Shown one piece after another: positions 11,314-20,999 of a stretch of DNA of 64,000 nucleotides. The notes beneath the pieces were generated by a model. The model was not told the origin of the DNA. It saw nothing but the letters and a program-made list of their open reading frames with translations, and made no database searches. The DNA lies in assembly GCA_965209035.1 (NCBI GenBank), contig OZ242372.1, positions 1,472,001-1,536,000 of the forward strand, written 5' to 3'. Both the position numbers and the translations under genes were made by a program. The stretch is from Gammaproteobacteria bacterium. Its GTDB lineage: Bacteria > Pseudomonadota > Gammaproteobacteria > CBDBNL01 > JAAOII01. Each line of letters starts with the position of its first letter. Position 1 is the stretch's first letter.

Positions 11314-11907
11314 TTAATTGCTATAGCCCAGCGTAAATTGGAACAGACGAATACGCGGCAAGAATCCTCCCGCAGTCTCGAAACCGAACCATTCTATTCC
11401 AAGATACAATCCCCCCTTATTCTGCCATTCGTTGGCAAGCCCGATAGTGTAGGATACATAGGAGTCTGCCGTGAACTCGTCAAGGGCTTCGTCCAAGTTC
11501 TGACGAGAAGTTTCGCCGAGATTCTCTTCACTAAATAGCTCATCCGAGAGCAGGGCATCGCGATTGAGCTCATTCCACTTGATTTTTAGCGGAATGTTAA
11601 AGGTGTTTCCCGGAAACAGTCGCACTTCCGCGAAACTGGCGGTAAAAAAATCAGAAGCAGACATACCGCCTCCTATCTTAATACCTCCCTTCGGTGCGAC
11701 ATAGCCGGCACTGGCCGAATAGCTCGTTAGCGGCAAAATCACCAAAAATTCCGCGGGCGTATAAGAGAGGTCAATATACCAATTGCTGTCAGCACGATTG
11801 TCCCGGCTGCGAGCGGAAGCCGTTTCCGCCGCACCAAGGAAGGAGACGCAGATGACAAGAGTTGCCGCCAAACAGGTAAGATTTTTTAAGGTTTTGTTTT
11901 TAGTCAT
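11314..11907 (-). CDS. Secreted hypothetical protein, possible small outer-membrane beta-barrel
   Basis: Signal peptide; alternating hydrophobic strands (YIDLSY, YTIGLANEWQ, LYLGIEWF, FQFTLGYS). Confidence 0.6.
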   Translation of the reverse strand: MTKNKTLKNLTCLAATLVICVSFLGAAETASARSRDNRADSNWYIDLSYTPAEFLVILPLTSYSASAGYVAPKGGIKIGGGMSASDFFTASFAEVRLFPGNTFNIPLKIKWNELNRDALLSDELFSEENLGETSRQNLDEALDEFTADSYVSYTIGLANEWQNKGGLYLGIEWFGFETAGGFLPRIRLFQFTLGYSN

Positions 11908-11948
11908 AGTTATATTCTACACTAGGACTAGACTAATTGAGAGGTGTA

Positions 11949-12673
11949 TGTATGATCCCACCCATTTCCGGACTTTTGTTGTTTTTGCAAAAACCGGATT
12001 CGGCGAGAGTTATTTGAGAGCATAATGGGGACGTTCTAGATGATACCAAGCCAACCACTCGATGAGTTTGGCGTTAAACGCCGGCATATCCTTTAAACAG
12101 GAGATGCCACATATGACAACCGAACTCTTCCCCCGAGGTATTTTTAAGGAGTGCGATTGAATCGTTCACAGAGTGCATTCATTTGCGGTTTCCCAAAAAA
12201 CAAAATAGTATGGGCATACCAGTGTCTGCTGCCGGTTGCTGTCACAACCCGGTGGAAGTCTTTGGCGAACTCACTGCCATTATCGGTGAGGGCTTTTTCG
12301 ATCCGAGTGCCGAGTATATTTTGCATGGCGGTAAAGAGCCGGGCGGAACGGGCCGAAGCAGCGGAAGGTTCGACACAGACCAGTGCGATGCGGGAAAACA
12401 GGTCAATGCCGACGTGCCAATGCAGCCGCTCTCGCACACCACACCATCTCGCCTGCGGATACACCTAAGACAGTTTTATCAACAACAAGCCGCCGCTGCC
12501 GGCGTCGGCAAGAGCAAAACAACTATGCGTCTTTCTTGCCCGTTTCATTCATTTTAGCTCCACATCTATTTGCGACCCGTCCGCCAGAACCTCTAACCGC
12601 CGGGAACCGCCGGCTCTTTAATTTGAGGACGCACAATGCCGAACTCTGAGTCCGGAATTTATGAGACTATGCA
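11949..12673 (-). mobile_element. Degenerate IS481-like element (integrase-core DDE transposase remnant)
   Basis: Fragments GIDLFSR, LTDNGSEF, PQMNALCERFNRT and WY..ERPH; imperfect terminal IRs TGTATGATCCCACCCATTTCCGGACT / TGCATAGTCTCATAAATTCCGGACT. Confidence 0.8.
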
Positions 12674-12822
12674 CAAAACCGGCGAGATGTGATAATATAT
12701 AGAGTAATGCAAAAAATGGTGTGTCAGCAAAGCAACTGCCGGTTTTTCAACCGACCGCCACTTTCTCATATTATTTTCTGTTCTTTATTATTATCTTAAC
12801 CATTATTCATAAACTTGTAATC

Positions 12823-13800
12823 ATGAAAAAAATAACATACTTTTTAATAACCTTCTTAATGCTTACCTTTGTAAGTTTTTCGGCTCAGGCGGCCACCAGA
12901 TTGGTGATTGCCGGCTCCGAAGCCACCGGCTCCCTTCTTGACGAAATGTCGGTAAAACTTAAAGAATACATAGAAGAAGAATCAAAAGGAGCCATCAAAG
13001 TGGAACTGGTGCGCGGCCAAGTTCTGGGAAATGCCAATCAGGTCCTGGAACAACACAGCGGTGGCAGTGTGGATGTGATGTTTTCCCGTCCCGACCATTT
13101 TTCCGCCCATGTCAGCGACTTTAATGTTCTCAGTTGGGGGTTCACCTTTCGCGACCGAGAACATATGCAAAAGTTTTTGGACGGACCCATTTTCGCCGAA
13201 ATGGCGGAAAAGTTACGCCAAAAAATCGGTGTGCGCGTGTTGGCTGCCGCGGTGGATCAACCGCGCATTATGTACACCCGCAAGCCGGTAAGAAGCATCG
13301 ATGATGTACGCGGGATTAAAATGCGCGTGCCTCAAATTAAGTCCTACTTGCGACTCTGGGAAGTGCTCGGCACCAAGCCGACGCAACTTGCCTGGGCGGA
13401 AGTGTTTCTTGGGCTGAAAACCGGCGTGGTGGATGCTACGGAAGCCGATGCCAGCGGTGCCTACTCGCAAAAATTCCATAAGGCGGTCCCTTATGTGATT
13501 CGGACGAATCATTTGCTTTCCAGTGCCGAAATCTCCGTCAATGATAAGAAATATCGTTCTATGAAACGCGCCGAGAAGCGTGCGTTGGAAAGAGCGGCCA
13601 AACGGGCTGTCTCCTGGATGAGCGGGGAAGCCCTGAAAGCATCCGAAGAAACGCTCGGCAAGATGAAAGACGAAGGAGCGAAGATTCTGGAGATAGACAA
13701 CAGACCCTTTTCCGAAAAGGCAATTGCGGGTGTTCGGTTGATGGAATCCGAAGGCCTCTGGCAAGAAGGCCTGTGGGAGCGTATCCGGTCTATCAAGTAG
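12823..13800 (+). CDS. dctP: TRAP substrate-binding protein DctP
   Basis: Signal peptide, GIKMRVP and EVFLGLKTGVVD motifs; first gene of a PQM cluster. Confidence 0.92.
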   Translation: MKKITYFLITFLMLTFVSFSAQAATRLVIAGSEATGSLLDEMSVKLKEYIEEESKGAIKVELVRGQVLGNANQVLEQHSGGSVDVMFSRPDHFSAHVSDFNVLSWGFTFRDREHMQKFLDGPIFAEMAEKLRQKIGVRVLAAAVDQPRIMYTRKPVRSIDDVRGIKMRVPQIKSYLRLWEVLGTKPTQLAWAEVFLGLKTGVVDATEADASGAYSQKFHKAVPYVIRTNHLLSSAEISVNDKKYRSMKRAEKRALERAAKRAVSWMSGEALKASEETLGKMKDEGAKILEIDNRPFSEKAIAGVRLMESEGLWQEGLWERIRSIK

Positions 13801-13832
13801 TTCGCTAAAACAAGCCGCCGGCAAGGACCCGG

Positions 13833-14390
13833 ATGCAAAAATTTTTGCGTCTTTACCGCACTTTACTGATCTTGATCGGTCGGGCGGAGTTGGTTCTTGC
13901 CGGTAGTTTGTTATTGTTGATGGTCTTTACCATCGTATTACAGGTTGTGCTCCGATCCGGTTTTGGCAACCCATTATCCTGGATGGAAGAGGCCATGACC
14001 TATGCGTTTGTCTGGCTCACCTTTCTCGGTGCAAGTATTGGTATGAAGAAAATGCGTCATATCAAGCTTGTTGCCATTCCTTCGCTTCTTCCCGGTACGG
14101 GGCGACTAATCTGCCGCATTCTCATTTGGCTACTTTCACTCTGGCTGCTGGTTGTTTTGCTTCGCCACCTTGTACCTATCATGGCCATTGAGGGCAGTGC
14201 CGTCACAGTGGCTCTGCCGATTGATTTGCCGCGCTCCGCCTTTTTCTCGGGGGCTCTTTTCGTTTCTTGCATCATGATGCTCCTGTGTGTTTTTTATTAC
14301 TTTCTTGCCGATATTTGCCGTTTGATCGGTTTGGGCGATTTGAGTATGGAACACGAATCGGTTCTGCGCCGCGAAGAAGAACCGTTTTGA
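13833..14390 (+). CDS. dctQ: TRAP small permease DctQ
   Basis: 4 TM segments; QVVLR..PLSWMEE..FVWLTFLGA..HI motif. Confidence 0.92.
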   Translation: MQKFLRLYRTLLILIGRAELVLAGSLLLLMVFTIVLQVVLRSGFGNPLSWMEEAMTYAFVWLTFLGASIGMKKMRHIKLVAIPSLLPGTGRLICRILIWLLSLWLLVVLLRHLVPIMAIEGSAVTVALPIDLPRSAFFSGALFVSCIMMLLCVFYYFLADICRLIGLGDLSMEHESVLRREEEPF

Positions 14391-14525
14391 GCAGCCGACC
14401 AAAAAGCAAGCGCTATTTTTTTCGTTTGGTTTATTGATTGCATGGCGGTCCGGTATGCGTAAGCAGCCGCGCACTCTCATTTTTTCGCAGTTCTAATTCC
14501 CATAACTCCCATAATTCCATAACTT

Positions 14526-15815
14526 ATGTCCGTAGGCATTCTGCTCCTCCTGCTTGCCGTGTTGGTACTATTGGAGATGCCGTTGGCATTTGCCTTGCCG
14601 GCATCGGCATTAATCTATCTCGCTCTGGATAACAGCATCCCCGGGATGCTGGTGGTGCAGCGTGTTGCCTCCGGCTTGGAAAGCTATGTTCTGCTTGCCA
14701 TTCCGCTATTCGTATTTGCCGGCAACCTGTTCAACCGGGTCGGCATAGCCGAGCGCATTTTTGATTTTGCCAACCGCTTGATGGGGCATATCAAGGGCGG
14801 TCTTGCCCATGTCAATATCTTCGCCAGCGTCATCTTTTCCGGCATGTCCGGCGTTGCCCAAGCGGATGCGGCCGGTCTCGGCTCGGTGGAAGTACGGGCA
14901 ATGAAAAAAGCCGGTTATACGCCCGCATTTAGCGGCGCCATCACCGCCGCCTCCGCCGTCATAGGTCCCATCATTCCGCCAAGCGGGATCATGATCATTT
15001 ATGCCGTGCTGGCAAATGTATCCGTGCCGGAACTCTTTCTTGCCGGCTTTATCCCCGGGATTCTGATGGCGGCCGTCTTGATGCTCACCGTGTATCTTCT
15101 CGCGCATTTTCATCTCATTCGCGCGCCCCGGCGTGCCAAAGCACCCTTTGGCGAACTTGCCCGCAGTTTTCTACGCGCCTTCCCTTCTCTGATGGCGCCC
15201 GCCCTCCTCATCGGCGGCATCCTCATCGGCTTTGCCACCCCGACCGAACTCGGCGCACTCACAGTGTTTTACGCTCTGATTCTTGGCTTCTTTTATCGCA
15301 AAATCAATTGGCCGAACTTGCGCGGTGCGCTCATTGACACGGTAACCACCTGCGGTGTTCTCGTGTTCATCATCGCCGCCGCCACGCCCTTGAGTGCCGT
15401 CCTGGCCATCAAGGGCGTCCCTCATCAGTTGGCGGAATTCTTGCTGTCGTTCACCGACAATAAGTTCGCCGTTCTGGCGATCATCAATGTTGCGTTGCTG
15501 GTATTCGGCTGTTTCATGGACACGACTGCCATCTTACTCATTGTGGTGCCGGTGCTTGCCCCGCTGATTGTTCAATTCGGCATAGACCCGGTGCATTTTG
15601 GTTTGATCATTATCATCAATCTCTTGCTGGGGACTCTGACCCCGCCGTTTGGCATTCTTTTATTTGTGACCATGGAAATTGCCAAGGTGCGGATGAAGCC
15701 ATTGGTGTTGGCGGTGGCTCCGTTTTACTTGCCGCTATTGCTGTTTTTAATTCTGATTACCTACATCCCGCAGTTATCTCTTTGGTTGCCCCACTTGTTC
15801 TTTGCTCCGCCTTAA
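14526..15815 (+). CDS. dctM: TRAP large permease DctM
   Basis: LLAIPLFVFAG, GPIIPPS, ATPTE, GIDPVHFG and LTPPFG motifs. Confidence 0.95.
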   Translation: MSVGILLLLLAVLVLLEMPLAFALPASALIYLALDNSIPGMLVVQRVASGLESYVLLAIPLFVFAGNLFNRVGIAERIFDFANRLMGHIKGGLAHVNIFASVIFSGMSGVAQADAAGLGSVEVRAMKKAGYTPAFSGAITAASAVIGPIIPPSGIMIIYAVLANVSVPELFLAGFIPGILMAAVLMLTVYLLAHFHLIRAPRRAKAPFGELARSFLRAFPSLMAPALLIGGILIGFATPTELGALTVFYALILGFFYRKINWPNLRGALIDTVTTCGVLVFIIAAATPLSAVLAIKGVPHQLAEFLLSFTDNKFAVLAIINVALLVFGCFMDTTAILLIVVPVLAPLIVQFGIDPVHFGLIIIINLLLGTLTPPFGILLFVTMEIAKVRMKPLVLAVAPFYLPLLLFLILITYIPQLSLWLPHLFFAPP

Positions 15816-15892
15816 GATCTTCTTAATCTCTTATTAGTTCACGCATCACATGTCCCCGATTTTTTATTTTTTATTAATACGATAATATTATT

Positions 15893-17326
15893 ATGTACGA
15901 TACACATCTCAACATCAGCGGCGTCTTGCCGCATCTGTCCGTCGGCTGCTCTGCCGCCGACAGGCCTCGCAGCGAAAGCGGCATAGGTGCTCTCTTGCCC
16001 TGGGCCGACCGTCTGTGGTTTGTTACCTATGTTTCTCACACCGGCAAGGGCACCGGTCTGTTCAGTGTGGACAAAAATCTGTTTATCAAGAAGCATGCAA
16101 AAAGTTGTGCCGGCACCTATGCCAACCGGATGATCCATCCGCAGTCGGACAGCATTCTCATAGGGCCGCATATCATTGACGCCCGGGGCGATGTAACGAC
16201 CATCCCCGAACTTGCCAAACATCGGCTGGCTGCGGTCGCCGAGCATTTAACGGATCCGGACAATAAGGTTTACTACCTGACCATGGAAGGATTGTTTCTT
16301 GAAATGGATCTGCACAGCTTGAAACTAAAACAACTCTTTGACCTGGCGAAAGAACTTGCCGTTACGGATGTCGGGCAAATTGACTACGAAGAGAATCCCG
16401 CCTTGGTCCCTCAGGGACGCGGAATGGAAACGACACCACAGCCGCACTTTAAGGCGGCGCATACGGGCGCGGGAAGAGTTGTGGTTGCCAATAATACCTT
16501 CGGGCAGATGGACTTTATCGGCCATCATCGCGGCGGCAGACTTGCCGAATGGGACGGCAATCAATGGACTATTCTGGAAGATCGCCCGTTCAGCGAGGTG
16601 GCAGGCAGACGGAACTGGGAAGAACTCATTTTCGCCACGGGCTGGGACAGGGCATCCGCCATACTGAAGGTTCTGGTGAACGAGCAATGGCAGACATACC
16701 GAATGCCCAAAGGGAGCCACAACTTTGAACATTTCTGGCAAACGGAATGGCCGCGTATTCGCGAGGTGGAAAGCGAGCGTTACATTATGGATGCCAGCGG
16801 GATCTTTTACGAACTCTCGCCGGTTTCTTTTGCCGGCAAGATCTGGGGCATCAAACCCATTGCCTGTCATATGCGCATTACCCCCGATTTCTGCGCTTAC
16901 AAGGGGATGCTCGTTCTTGCCGGCAATCAAACAACTCCCATTTTTGACACAAATCTCGTCACCGGTTACCCCGAAGCCAATCTTTGGCTTGGCAAAACGG
17001 ATGACCTTTGGCGTTGGGGCAAGCCCTGCGGTTGGGGAGGTCCCTGGTGGAAACAGCGCGTGCGGGCGGATACCCCGTCGGACCCTTATCTGATGACCGG
17101 TTTTGACAAAAAAGTGCTGCATCTTAGCCACGATGCAAAAACCGCCGTCGACTTCAAACTGGAAGCGGACTTCCTGGGCGACGGCAGTTGGCACACTTAC
17201 GATGCTTTTTCCGTCCCGCCCGGCAAGTACATATTCCATACCTTCCCGGACGGATACAGTGCGCACTGGGTCAGACTGACGCCTTCGCGGGGTTGCATCG
17301 CGACCGCCTACTTTACCTACACTTAG
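15893..17326 (+). CDS. Hypothetical 477-aa Trp/Gly-rich cytoplasmic protein, possibly an enzyme, in the TRAP operon
   Basis: Long ORF with coding-like composition, 1 bp before the SDR gene; no catalytic motif recognised. Confidence 0.75.
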   Translation: MYDTHLNISGVLPHLSVGCSAADRPRSESGIGALLPWADRLWFVTYVSHTGKGTGLFSVDKNLFIKKHAKSCAGTYANRMIHPQSDSILIGPHIIDARGDVTTIPELAKHRLAAVAEHLTDPDNKVYYLTMEGLFLEMDLHSLKLKQLFDLAKELAVTDVGQIDYEENPALVPQGRGMETTPQPHFKAAHTGAGRVVVANNTFGQMDFIGHHRGGRLAEWDGNQWTILEDRPFSEVAGRRNWEELIFATGWDRASAILKVLVNEQWQTYRMPKGSHNFEHFWQTEWPRIREVESERYIMDASGIFYELSPVSFAGKIWGIKPIACHMRITPDFCAYKGMLVLAGNQTTPIFDTNLVTGYPEANLWLGKTDDLWRWGKPCGWGGPWWKQRVRADTPSDPYLMTGFDKKVLHLSHDAKTAVDFKLEADFLGDGSWHTYDAFSVPPGKYIFHTFPDGYSAHWVRLTPSRGCIATAYFTYT

Positions 17327-17327
17327 T

Positions 17328-18083
17328 ATGGACCTGGGTATTGCCGGCAAGATTGTCGTGATCACCGGCGCCGCACAGGGCATCGGTAAGACCACCGCCG
17401 CGACATTCGGCAAGGAAGGCTGCAAACTCGCGCTGGCGGATATCAACACCGAGAAGTTGCAGCAGACCGGACAGGAGCTTGCCGCCGCCGGCTATGATGT
17501 CCTCACCTTGGCGGCGGACATCACCGACGCCAAGGCAGTGGATCACCTTTATGCGACTCTAAGACAAGAATGGGGAGATGCGGACTTCTTGATTAACAAC
17601 GCCGGCATCACAGAGCCCGCGCCCTTTGAGCAAACCGAACTCTCTTCCTGGCGGCGGGTGATGGCGGTGAACTTGGACGGGGCGTTTTTAATGAGCAAGC
17701 ACGCATTCGCCGGGATGAAGCAAAAAGGCGGCGGTGTGATCGTCAATCTGGGTTCTTTTGCCGGCAAGCGCGGAACGCTGTTTGGCAACAATGCCTCCTA
17801 TACGGTGTCCAAGGCCGGCGTGATTGGCCTGACAAAATCTTTGGTAGTGGAAGGAGCGCCGCACGGCATCCGAACCCTGGCGGTCTGCCCCGGCATAGTG
17901 GAAACCGATATGATCCTGGCCCACGACGCAAAAACGCGGCAAAAGTTGGCGGGGTTAATCCCGCTCGGGCATCTGGCATCGCCGCAACAGATCGCCGATG
18001 TCATCGTCTTTCTCTGTTCCGAGCGCGCCTCACATCTGACCGGCAATGCCTTGGATGTTAACGGCGGTCTCTATATAGACTAA
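17328..18083 (+). CDS. Short-chain dehydrogenase/reductase (FabG-like)
   Basis: TGAAQGIG, NNAG, YTVSK (YxxxK) and DVNGG motifs. Confidence 0.95.
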   Translation: MDLGIAGKIVVITGAAQGIGKTTAATFGKEGCKLALADINTEKLQQTGQELAAAGYDVLTLAADITDAKAVDHLYATLRQEWGDADFLINNAGITEPAPFEQTELSSWRRVMAVNLDGAFLMSKHAFAGMKQKGGGVIVNLGSFAGKRGTLFGNNASYTVSKAGVIGLTKSLVVEGAPHGIRTLAVCPGIVETDMILAHDAKTRQKLAGLIPLGHLASPQQIADVIVFLCSERASHLTGNALDVNGGLYID

Positions 18084-18942
18084 CCGGGGAACTAACCCGC
18101 GGCAGTTTTAAAAATCCTAAAATCATCTAAAAAAACGCCGAGTCCAAAACCGGGCGGGGTGATACAAGTTAAACCAAAGTAAAAATCATTCGTTATGGTA
18201 TAAACTGCGGTATAATTTGATGTAAAATTTGTATGAGATTATGATCGTTCAAAAAAAGCAAAAACCTACATCCGTATACAAATCGGAGCATATTGCAAAC
18301 TTCTTTATCCGGGAAGCGATTGATGAAAAGATGAACATCGACTTGCTGCGGCTGATAAAGATGTGTTATTTCGGCTATGGTTGGGTCCTGTCAATCATGG
18401 ATGGCAAAAAACTCATAGAAGAGGACATACATGCTTGGAAGTTTGGTCCTGTTATTCCTTCCGTATACCATGCCTTTAAGCATTGGGAGTTGCGACCAAT
18501 CACCAAGTTTGTGCCCAGTATGGAAATATCAAAAGACGAAAAAATTCAAGAACTAAAATACCGTTCTGTTAACGAAGACACCATGGAAGGCAGAATACTG
18601 TCTATCGTTTGGAATGCTTATAAGCATAAAAGTGTTAACGAGGTTGTATCTTTGACACATCAACCCGGAACTCCGTGGGCCGAAACTTATCACCCCGGTG
18701 AAAGAGATATTATCATACCAACTCATAAAATCAAAAAACACTTTGATGCGATCATACAAAAAAGAATCGAACAACTGGACCGAAAGAAAAACAATGCCGA
18801 ACCGGAACCAAGAGAAAAAAGTAAAACAGCTTGCGGTTGAATATCCCAAAAGCCCCCAAAGCAAGGATGCAATGCCCCGGATGTTAACGGCGGTCTTTAT
18901 ATAGATTAGGGACTAGCCGGGGGACTAACCCGGCGGCAATTT
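18043..18942 (+). repeat. Imperfect direct repeat (about 60 bp) of the SDR 3' end enclosing the Panacea gene
   Basis: GCAATGCCttGGATGTTAACGGCGGTCTcTATATAGAcTA..ACTAACCCG at 18043-18105 recurs at 18869-18942. Confidence 0.88.
18241..18840 (+). CDS. Panacea (DUF4065/SocA/GepA-like) antitoxin-domain protein
   Basis: IANFFI, LIKMCYFGYGW, AWKFGPVIPSVY and LTHQPGTPW motifs; lower GC than flanks. Confidence 0.85.
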   Translation: MIVQKKQKPTSVYKSEHIANFFIREAIDEKMNIDLLRLIKMCYFGYGWVLSIMDGKKLIEEDIHAWKFGPVIPSVYHAFKHWELRPITKFVPSMEISKDEKIQELKYRSVNEDTMEGRILSIVWNAYKHKSVNEVVSLTHQPGTPWAETYHPGERDIIIPTHKIKKHFDAIIQKRIEQLDRKKNNAEPEPREKSKTACG

Positions 18943-19093
18943 CTTGCCCTTGCCTGTTTTGTAAGATTAACTCTTTCTTGCCGGGATAAGAGGGCAAGAG
19001 AGCAAGGGACAAACAAGGAGTAAGGAGGCGGAGATGCGGAGAGTTTCCCGGATTAATGAAAACTCCAAATCAACGCCTAATTCCTAATTAATG

Positions 19094-20053
19094 TCAATAA
19101 CGGGGATGGATAATACTGAGTCCGGGCGCGCCCCAACATTCGGACCCCATACTGCGTGCCATGAAGGCGAGCCCTTCGGTTTCTATGTGCAGGTGATAAG
19201 GTTCCTCCGGATAACACAACCCGCGGCGGTGGATGTCCGCATTGATCAGCAACATCGTTGCCCCGACGCCGTCCAGAGAGACCAGATCATATTCTTTGAA
19301 GTCCGCCAAGTATTTTCTGCCGAAACCGACCGGCGGCTGTATCAGACCGTCTTTGATGTAGGAACGCCAATTCCTTTTTTTGTCGTCCGTGTACTTAAAA
19401 CTATTCAGATCAAAAGTCATCCCCTTTTCGTCCGTGCAATGCGGGACAATAATGTCTTTGCGATGGGAAAGCAAACTCCGGATGATGTCCGGCGGCCAGT
19501 AAATAAGATCCGCGTCCACCCAGAGGACCCATTGATGTTTGGATTGCAACGCCTCATTTAATAGATGATTGCGCGCCTTGGCAATGACCGCGCGCCGCTG
19601 GCGTTGGAGGCCGCGTCGCCACCTTGCCCGCGAGGGCGAGACGGTAAAATTGAAATCCTTTTTATACAATTGTGCGCCGGCAAACTGTTGGCGTAACTGC
19701 GGCAACAATTGCGTCAAACTTTCATAGGTCCCGTCCGTGCTGTCCCCTTCGGAAAATGCCAAATAAATACGCTCCTTCGGATAGTCCAGGGAAGACAGAT
19801 TCTTCATCAAGGTCGGCAAAAATCGTTTAACATTTTTGCACGGAAGGGCGATTAAAATAGCCGCGTCCGCGTCCTCTCCCTCTTTTCCCTTGTTCCGTGG
19901 ACTTTGCGCGGGTTCTTCTTTAATGCAATCTTCGGCGCGGCTGAACTGTGCCGCCGGGATGAATTGGCTGAGACGCGTCCCCCAAAGGGCGGCGAATATC
20001 GTATCTCGGATCGTATAAACCGTGTTCAGGATTTTTCGGGCGATTCTTCTCAT
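19094..20053 (-). CDS. Glycosyltransferase, Anp1/Mnn9/Van1-like (GT62 / GT-A fold)
   Basis: LDYPKERI, DSTDGT, RRAVIAKARNHLL, WVLWVDAD, FDLNS, LDGVGATMLL and IETEGLA motifs. Confidence 0.8.
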   Translation of the reverse strand: MRRIARKILNTVYTIRDTIFAALWGTRLSQFIPAAQFSRAEDCIKEEPAQSPRNKGKEGEDADAAILIALPCKNVKRFLPTLMKNLSSLDYPKERIYLAFSEGDSTDGTYESLTQLLPQLRQQFAGAQLYKKDFNFTVSPSRARWRRGLQRQRRAVIAKARNHLLNEALQSKHQWVLWVDADLIYWPPDIIRSLLSHRKDIIVPHCTDEKGMTFDLNSFKYTDDKKRNWRSYIKDGLIQPPVGFGRKYLADFKEYDLVSLDGVGATMLLINADIHRRGLCYPEEPYHLHIETEGLAFMARSMGSECWGAPGLSIIHPRY

Positions 20054-20057
20054 AGGG

Positions 20058-20999
20058 TCACTGCTCGAATGTTAGGATGATGGGCGAGAAGCATTTGTGA
20101 AACTTCTCCCCCCATTCTTTAAACCAGGCATGATATTCCCCCCAATGCTCTTTTTTAGAAATGTCTCCGTTTCTCTCAAGAAGAATGCGGCTGTCTGTTT
20201 TATCCGGAAGTTCCCGCCAATCCAATTTTGTGTTTAATTCATTTTCTATGGATTCTTTATGCTGTTCCAACAACTTAAATCCGTCGGGTCGAGCTCTGCC
20301 GCCTATGTAGATTGCACATCCCAGTTTTTTATGCTTCCCGCTAACGGTAAGGTTAATAGAGAAACCTGTTTTACCAACAGAAATCGGATAGTAATTACCT
20401 GGGCTTGGCTTTGCAAGCCCTAATTTTGTTCCGTTTTCTTCCATATATTCTTTCAAGGATTGCCAAAAATCTTGATACAGTAAATGCATGGGAGAAGGAG
20501 GGTGGCTTTGTTTTTTTGCTTCTTTTGCCCACTCGTTCGGACTACAAACCACATGAAACTTCGGGGCAGGTTCGGAGTTCCCGATTTTCCACAACTCTAT
20601 TTGTACACCAAAAAAACCATACTCCTCATCGGATGTTTCATTCAACCAATCAAGCGCCTTTCTGTGTTCTTCGGTTATTTTTTCACTAATCCAAATGATG
20701 ATTTCAGCATCCGCACCGGCCGCATAGGTAATGATTTGTCCGAGATGACCGTGATCAGTATCTCCAAATTGATTTTCTATGACCACTGTGCGACCGGTAG
20801 CCGTCTCCTCGGCAACGATGTCCGCCTTGTATTTGCCTATCTTAACTTCCGTTCCGCGTAATTCCAAGTCGGACAGCCCCAGGCTATCGCTTAAGAGTTG
20901 AAGATTCTCCGCCAGCCAGGGCGTAAAATCTCCTGCCTCGTTCTTCCAGACCTTTTCCCGACCCACAGGTTCCAGTTTTGCTAACTTGTTCAAAATCAA
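20058..20999 (-). CDS. DUF4268-domain protein with N-terminal PD-(D/E)xK nuclease-like domain
   Basis: EAGDFTPWLAEN, ADIVA..VVIENQ, TDHGHLGQIITYAAG and LDWRELP; start uncertain (ORF open to 21140). Confidence 0.82.
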   Translation of the reverse strand: MILNKLAKLEPVGREKVWKNEAGDFTPWLAENLQLLSDSLGLSDLELRGTEVKIGKYKADIVAEETATGRTVVIENQFGDTDHGHLGQIITYAAGADAEIIIWISEKITEEHRKALDWLNETSDEEYGFFGVQIELWKIGNSEPAPKFHVVCSPNEWAKEAKKQSHPPSPMHLLYQDFWQSLKEYMEENGTKLGLAKPSPGNYYPISVGKTGFSINLTVSGKHKKLGCAIYIGGRARPDGFKLLEQHKESIENELNTKLDWRELPDKTDSRILLERNGDISKKEHWGEYHAWFKEWGEKFHKCFSPIILTFEQ

